The translations under genes were made by a program, and so were the position numbers. Of a stretch of 4,307 nt of DNA, positions 1 through 4,307 are shown in pieces. Position 1 is the stretch's first letter; each line of letters opens with the position of its first letter. The notes below the pieces were generated by a model that ran no database searches, was not told the origin of the DNA, and worked only from the letters and a program-made list of their open reading frames with translations. This DNA comes from a virus. Taxonomy: Duplodnaviria > Heunggongvirae > Uroviricota > Caudoviricetes. The stretch lies in IMG/VR virus record IMGVR_UViG_2778261526_000002; one strand, written 5' to 3'.

Positions 1-142
1 GATTATCGCTGCCGGGAGCGTTCGTACGGGCATGAAGATACCCTGCGCTCAGTGTGGCCTGCTGCTCAGACGCCCATGCAGGCGCACCGGATACGGCCAG
101 ACAGATGGCTGCGGACAAAATGGCTGCACAAACTTTACGCAT
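1..142 (-). CDS. lom: Lom/Ail/PagC-family outer-membrane protein, N-terminal 47 codons only; the rest of the gene lies beyond the window start
   Basis: The minus strand reads ATG (142..140) CGT AAA GTT..., translating to MRKVCAAILSAAICLAVSGAPAWA/SEQQATLSAGYLHARTNAPGSDN by my hand translation. This is a typical Sec signal peptide (basic N-terminus, hydrophobic core, A-W-A cleavage motif) followed by a Ser/Thr-x-Gly-Tyr first beta-strand, as in Lom/Ail/PagC/OmpX proteins. A GAGAGG Shine-Dalgarno sits at 153..148, 5 nt upstream of the ATG. The position immediately downstream of J matches lom in lambda. The ORF is absent from the supplied track because it is truncated by the window edge. Confidence 0.6.
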   Translation of the reverse strand, partial: MRKVCAAILSAAICLAVSGAPAWASEQQATLSAGYLHARTNAPGSDN

Positions 143-147
143 AATTA

Positions 148-153
148 CCTCTC
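148..153 (-). promoter_or_regulatory. Shine-Dalgarno site (GAGAGG) for the lom-like gene
   Basis: The minus strand reads GAGAGG-taatt-ATG, a 5-nt spacer to the start codon at 142..140. Confidence 0.5.
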
Positions 154-163
154 GCTTTTCTGC

Positions 164-192
164 AATAAAAAAGGCACCATTTCTGGTGCCCT
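164..192 (-). terminator. Rho-independent terminator downstream of J
   Basis: The minus strand reads AG-GGCACC-AGAAAT-GGTGCC-TTTTTTATT. This is a perfect 6-bp GC-rich stem (190..185 pairing with 178..173), extendable to 8 bp with the flanking A-U and G-U pairs, with a 6-nt loop, followed by a run of six T then ATT (172..164). It lies 20 nt after the J stop codon (214..212). Confidence 0.6.
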
Positions 193-211
193 TATATGGG
201 TTATAACAATT

Positions 212-3200
212 TCAACGAATACTGATGCCGGAAGCGGCTTTTTTGGTCACAATCACCGTACAGTCGGTGATATTACCTGCCCGCTGATTGCCTTTATGGA
301 AAACCTTAAACTCCAGAGTGACGCTTCCCCTGCCACTCGGCATATCAATAACCGCACTGTAGCTACCGGGAATGGCCCCTTTAGTTTCTCTGGATGCGAT
401 TAATACACCGTTTTTGCGAACTTCAAAACCATACCCCGTGTATCTTGTACCTCCCGGGTTATTACCACTTCCCGGATCGCTATACGCTATTCCGTTAAAG
501 ATAATGGGCGGAATAATGATTTGACGGTCAAAGTTATGATCATCGCTGATGGTGACTGTAACCGTCCCGTTTGGTGTTTCCGTATTACCCCACGTACCAG
601 CCTGTTTCGGGAATGATTTGGATACAGCTTTAACGAAGTCACCTCTGACCTGAGTCGCCTCCAGCATGCCCTTAATCGTACAGTTTTCATTTACCGTGAC
701 ATTGTTGAGCGTCCCGGCGTTCGCATTCACACTGCCACTGATATCCGCATTTTTAGCGGTCAGCTTTCCGTCTGATGTCAGGGAAAATACCGGAGGACTG
801 CCACCACTGGTAATGGTGGGGGCCGTCAGGCGCTTCAGGAACACGTCGTTCATGAATATCTGATTGCCCTGCGCCACAAACATCGGCGTTTCATTCCCGT
901 TTGCCGGGTCAATAAATGCGATACGGTTAGCGGCAACCAGAAACTGACTCAGTTTGCCTTCCTCCGTGTCCTCCATGCTGAGGCCAATACCCGCGACATA
1001 ATGTTTGCCGTCTTTGGTCTGCTCAATTTTGACAGCCCACATGGCATTCCACTTATCGTTGGCGTCCTTCCACTCTTTCGAAAACTCCTCCAGTCTGCTG
1101 GCGTTATCCTCCGTCAGCTCGACTTTTTCCAGCAGCTCCTTGCCGAGATGGGATTCGGTTATCTTGCCTTTGAAAAAATCCAGGTAACCTTCCGCATCAT
1201 CGCTCGCCCGACCGACGGCCTCCACGAATGCCGATTTGCCAACGGTGTTCACACTGCGGATATAAAAGTAATAATCATGGCCCGGTTTGATATTGATACT
1301 GGCGGCTATCCAGTACAGCGCCGTACCAAGATAGCGGGCTGTGGTTTCAACCTGCCTGATATCCGCAATCCGCTTTTCCGAGAACCAGAACTCAAACTGT
1401 ACCGTCGGATCATAAACCGCAAGATGCGGCGTGGCGGTTATCTGAAAATAGCCCGGCGTCAGCTCAATCCGAGACGGCGCTGCCGGTGCGGCAATCCGGA
1501 ACGATACCGATGCCGGATCGCCCTGCTGTCCCCACGCATTTACCGCCCGGACTGTCAGCCTGTAGTTCCCCAGCGCCAGTTGCGTGAAGCGGTATGTGGT
1601 TTCCGCCGTCCGGGCCGTGCTGACCAGCCGCTCACTGCCGTCATCCGCTGCCACGGTCAGGCGAAGCAGGAAACTCACGCCCTTCACCACCTTCGGCGTG
1701 TCCCAGCGGGCCAGTACCTGATACTCCCCGCTGTCTGCGGTGACTTCGGCAGTCAGGTGCTGCACCGCGGGCGGCGTGACACCATTCACCGTGCCGCTCT
1801 GGTCGCCGTCAAAGTGCGCCCCGTTATCCACGATGGCTTCTTTTTCCGGTACATGCTGCACGGCAGTGATGGCATACGTGCCGTCATCGTTCTCACGGAT
1901 ACTCACACAGCGGAACAGGCGCTGGCGCAACGTCGGCAGCTTCAGCCCCCATACGCTGTATCCGGCAACGCCGTCAGGAACACGGCTCACTTTTACCTTC
2001 ACGCCGTCGGTGACGGACTGGACCTCCACGCTGACCGGATTGCCACTTCCGTCAACCAGGCTTATCAGCGTGGTACCGGAGGATGGCAGCGTGATTTCAC
2101 GGTCGAGCGTCAGCGTCCGGGTCTGGCTGTTCACCGCCAGCACGCGCCCGCCGGTGCTGATACCGGCATAGTCATCATCGCAGATTTCAATGACATCGCC
2201 CGGCACATGGCGAAGCCCTTCTGCGCCCACGCTGAAATCCACGGTCTGCGTTTCCAGCAGTTCTGTTTTAATCAGCCACAGCCCGGCGCGATGTGCCTGC
2301 CCCCGGCTGGTACAGCCAAAGGCATCCATCTTCGTGACGTTACGACCGTAACGGGCAATGGCCTGCGTGTCCTCCACAAGCTCTGTCGCCGTCTCCCAGC
2401 CGTTATTCGGGTCAATCCAGTTCACCTCAACGGCATTATGGCGGTCCTTCAGGGCGCTGAAGCTGTAGCGGAACGGCGCGCCATCATCCGGCATCACCAC
2501 ATTACTGCGGTTATAGGTCCACACCTTATCTGATGGTCGGTCCTGCACGAACGTCAGCGTCTGCCCGTTCCATACCGGCATACAGCGCATCGCCGAGCAG
2601 AAATCACTGAGCACATCCCACGCCTTGCGCTGTGTGGTCAGCCAGGCATTACAGGTGATGCGCGGCTCCGTGCCGCCAAAGCCGTCCGGCACTGACTGGT
2701 CGCAGTACTGGCCGATGACATACAGCGCCCATTTATCCACATCCGCCGCACCAAGACGTTTCCCCATGCCGTAGCGCGGGTGGGTCAGCATATCCCACAG
2801 ACACCAGGCCATGTTGTTGCTGTATGCCGGTTTAAACGTTCCGTCCCAGATACCGCTGTATTGCCGCGTCTGCGGGTTATAGTTCGACGGCACCTGCAGA
2901 ATGCGCCCGCGCAGATGATAATTACGGCTCACCTGCTGGCTGCCGAACTGCTCCGAATCCACCTGCACGCCGACCAGTGCCGTGTTCGGGTAGCCCTGTT
3001 TCACATCGATGATTTCGGTGTATGACGACCAGAGCGTTTTGTTCTGCAGCTGGTCTGTGGTGCTGTCCGGCGTCATCCTGCGCATCCGGATATTAAACGG
3101 GCGCGGCGGCAGGCTACCCACCACCACCGAGGCCAGATACTGCGAGGTGGTTTTGCCCTTAATGGTGATGTCTTTTTCCGTCACCCAGCCACCGTTACGT

Positions 3201-3625
3201 TGTATCTGAACCAGCAGGCGGACTTCCGATGGATTCCTGTCCCCCTTTGAGGTGGTTTCCACCAGTGCCTGCACGCCGAAAGTAAAACGCAGACGGTCAA
3301 TGTTTGCCGACGTGATGGTCCGGGTGATCGGCGTGTCATATTTCACTTCTGTACCGAGCACCGTCTCGGAGCCGGAGGATTCAAATCCCTCCGGCGGTGT
3401 CTGCTCCTGCTCACCGGCCCGGAACACCACCGTGACGCCGGATATATTGGTATTCCCCTCACTGTCCAGCACCGGCGTACTGTTCAGCAGCACGCTTTTT
3501 AATCCATCCACCGGACCTTCAACCGGCCCTTCGCTGATGGCATCGATCACACTCAGCAGCTGCGTGGACTTCAGGTTGTCCTTCGCTTCGCGCGGGGTAT
3601 GCCCCTTACTGCTGCCTTTACCCAT
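212..3625 (-). CDS. J: Tail tip host-specificity protein / central tail fibre (lambda gpJ family), 1137 aa, complete
   Basis: A 1137-aa minus-strand ORF whose N-terminus ([34 protein letters not shown]...) and most of its length match my recollection of bacteriophage lambda gpJ (1132 aa). GGAG at 3637..3634 lies 8 nt upstream of the ATG (3625..3623), and the stop is TGA at 214..212. The middle of the protein shows fibronectin type III-like motifs ([11 protein letters not shown]...[14 protein letters not shown] and [28 protein letters not shown]). The gene order I-J-lom matches lambda. Confidence 0.95.
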   Translation of the reverse strand: MGKGSSKGHTPREAKDNLKSTQLLSVIDAISEGPVEGPVDGLKSVLLNSTPVLDSEGNTNISGVTVVFRAGEQEQTPPEGFESSGSETVLGTEVKYDTPITRTITSANIDRLRFTFGVQALVETTSKGDRNPSEVRLLVQIQRNGGWVTEKDITIKGKTTSQYLASVVVGSLPPRPFNIRMRRMTPDSTTDQLQNKTLWSSYTEIIDVKQGYPNTALVGVQVDSEQFGSQQVSRNYHLRGRILQVPSNYNPQTRQYSGIWDGTFKPAYSNNMAWCLWDMLTHPRYGMGKRLGAADVDKWALYVIGQYCDQSVPDGFGGTEPRITCNAWLTTQRKAWDVLSDFCSAMRCMPVWNGQTLTFVQDRPSDKVWTYNRSNVVMPDDGAPFRYSFSALKDRHNAVEVNWIDPNNGWETATELVEDTQAIARYGRNVTKMDAFGCTSRGQAHRAGLWLIKTELLETQTVDFSVGAEGLRHVPGDVIEICDDDYAGISTGGRVLAVNSQTRTLTLDREITLPSSGTTLISLVDGSGNPVSVEVQSVTDGVKVKVSRVPDGVAGYSVWGLKLPTLRQRLFRCVSIRENDDGTYAITAVQHVPEKEAIVDNGAHFDGDQSGTVNGVTPPAVQHLTAEVTADSGEYQVLARWDTPKVVKGVSFLLRLTVAADDGSERLVSTARTAETTYRFTQLALGNYRLTVRAVNAWGQQGDPASVSFRIAAPAAPSRIELTPGYFQITATPHLAVYDPTVQFEFWFSEKRIADIRQVETTARYLGTALYWIAASINIKPGHDYYFYIRSVNTVGKSAFVEAVGRASDDAEGYLDFFKGKITESHLGKELLEKVELTEDNASRLEEFSKEWKDANDKWNAMWAVKIEQTKDGKHYVAGIGLSMEDTEEGKLSQFLVAANRIAFIDPANGNETPMFVAQGNQIFMNDVFLKRLTAPTITSGGSPPVFSLTSDGKLTAKNADISGSVNANAGTLNNVTVNENCTIKGMLEATQVRGDFVKAVSKSFPKQAGTWGNTETPNGTVTVTISDDHNFDRQIIIPPIIFNGIAYSDPGSGNNPGGTRYTGYGFEVRKNGVLIASRETKGAIPGSYSAVIDMPSGRGSVTLEFKVFHKGNQRAGNITDCTVIVTKKAASGISIR

Positions 3626-3633
3626 TCGTCACG

Positions 3634-3637
3634 CTCC
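3634..3637 (-). promoter_or_regulatory. Shine-Dalgarno site (GGAG) for J
   Basis: The minus strand reads TTTATGGAGcgtgacgaATG, with GGAG 8 nt upstream of the J start codon. Confidence 0.6.
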
Positions 3638-3646
3638 ATAAACGAC

Positions 3647-3667
3647 AAAACCGCCCGCAGGCGGTTT
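3647..3667 (-). terminator. Intergenic stem-loop with a U-rich tail between I and J (terminator-like or attenuator, possibly an RNA-stability element)
   Basis: The minus strand reads AAA-CCGCC-UGCG-GGCGG-UUUU followed by GUCGUUUAU. The 5-bp GC stem (3664..3660 pairing with 3655..3651) is extended by three A-U pairs and has a 4-nt loop. It lies in the 60-bp spacer between the I stop (3688..3686) and the J ribosome-binding site. Confidence 0.4.
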
Positions 3668-3685
3668 CACATAAAACATTTTGCA

Positions 3686-4307
3686 TCAGCGGCCAATCAC
3701 CACAACCTGACCACCGTCCCCTTCATCTGCCGTGCTGATCTCCTGAGAAACCACACGAGACCCCACACGCATTTCACCGTACAGAACAGGCAGAACATTG
3801 CCCTGGGCAACCATGTTATCCAGTGACGAGAAATACGTGTTCTGTTTGCCGTTATCTGTACTGGCTGCCGTGGGCGTCCTGGCTTTCGGTGCCAGCATCT
3901 GCGCCACACCACCCAGGATCATACTGGCCCCTGCTGCATACAGACCCGATACAGCCGCGGCCCCCAGCCAGCCAACAGGGTTCCACCATGCCACCGCAAT
4001 CAGCGCCGCACCCAGCACCGCCTGAAACACACCGCCACTTTTGGCACCCGCCAGACGCGGAACGACGTGGATCACGGCACCATTTGCCAGCGGTTCATTA
4101 AGACGGGCAGATAATTCATTTTCGCCTGCATCACGCCCGGAAATGCGCACCTGATACCAGCCCTCATTCAGTTTCTGGCGAAACGACGGAAGCTGTGTGG
4201 CCAGCGCCCGGATGGCTTCAGCCCCCGTTTTCACACGAAGGTCGATGCGGCGGCCAAATCGTTGTAAATCCCCGTAAAGGCAGATGCGTGCCATGCCCGG
4301 TGACGCC
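3686..4307 (-). CDS. I: Tail assembly protein I (lambda gpI family), 5'-partial; the true start lies beyond the window end
   Basis: The minus-strand ORF translates to MARICLYGDLQRFGRRIDLRVKTGAEAIRALATQLP...NGKQNTYFSSLDNMVAQGNVLPVLYGEMRVGSRVVSQEISTADEGDGGQVVVIGR, matching my recollection of lambda gpI at both ends. The reading frame stays open upstream of the Met at 4294..4292: bases 4307..4295 encode ..ASPG before MARI, matching lambda gpI, whose annotated start is about 13 codons further upstream. The stop is TGA at 3688..3686. Confidence 0.9.
   Translation of the reverse strand, partial: ASPGMARICLYGDLQRFGRRIDLRVKTGAEAIRALATQLPSFRQKLNEGWYQVRISGRDAGENELSARLNEPLANGAVIHVVPRLAGAKSGGVFQAVLGAALIAVAWWNPVGWLGAAAVSGLYAAGASMILGGVAQMLAPKARTPTAASTDNGKQNTYFSSLDNMVAQGNVLPVLYGEMRVGSRVVSQEISTADEGDGGQVVVIGR

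Noticed and set aside
191-215. A possible sigma70 promoter for lom in the 3' end of J (TTGAAA at 215..210 and TATAAG at 196..191, minus strand)
   Set aside because: The spacer between the two hexamers is only 13 nt, against an optimum of 16-18, and the predicted start site would fall inside the terminator stem. The evidence is not sufficient to call a promoter.
32-403. A 123-aa plus-strand ORF spanning the lom start, the terminator and the 3' end of J
   Set aside because: It runs through a terminator hairpin and overlaps two well-supported minus-strand genes. Its Cys/Gly-rich composition has no recognisable family features.
1001-2533. A 510-aa plus-strand ORF lying entirely antisense to J
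   Set aside because: The minus strand carries a clearly homologous J reading frame across the same DNA. The antisense product is rich in Arg, Pro, Cys and His with no recognisable motifs or ribosome-binding site. Long antisense ORFs are common in GC-rich coding DNA because stop codons are depleted on the opposite strand.
1005-4101. Other short ORFs from the track inside J or I (1005..1187 +, 1740..2171 +, 2780..3025 +, 3009..3209 +, 3252..3641 +, 3599..3826 +, 3798..4025 +, 3823..4101 +, and 487..690 -, 3697..3912 - in alternative minus frames)
   Set aside because: All are embedded in, or out of frame with, the I and J reading frames. They have low-complexity composition and no convincing ribosome-binding sites, so they are most likely frame artefacts.
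3686-4294. Treating the 202-aa ORF from the track as the complete I gene, starting at the Met at 4294
   Set aside because: The frame stays open to the window edge and encodes ..ASPG before MARI, matching lambda gpI upstream of that Met. The true start is therefore most likely beyond position 4307, and the gene is annotated as 5'-partial.

Overview
This window is the tail-tip end of a lambdoid (lambda-like siphovirus) prophage or phage from an enterobacterial host, with all genes on the minus strand. Reading 5' to 3' on that strand: the 3' part of the tail assembly gene I (its start lies beyond the window end), a 60-bp spacer with a hairpin and Shine-Dalgarno site, the complete host-specificity / central tail fibre gene J (1137 aa), an intrinsic terminator, and the first 47 codons of a Lom/Ail/PagC-family outer-membrane protein gene that runs off the window start. 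This is the canonical lambda order I-J-lom. I see no evidence of a new biological system here. The most notable feature is that the C-terminal, receptor-binding end of J appears to differ from the lambda J sequence as I recall it and sits in visibly AT-richer DNA than the rest of the gene, which suggests an exchanged receptor-binding module. Plus-strand ORFs in the track, including a 510-aa one antisense to J, are judged to be non-coding.
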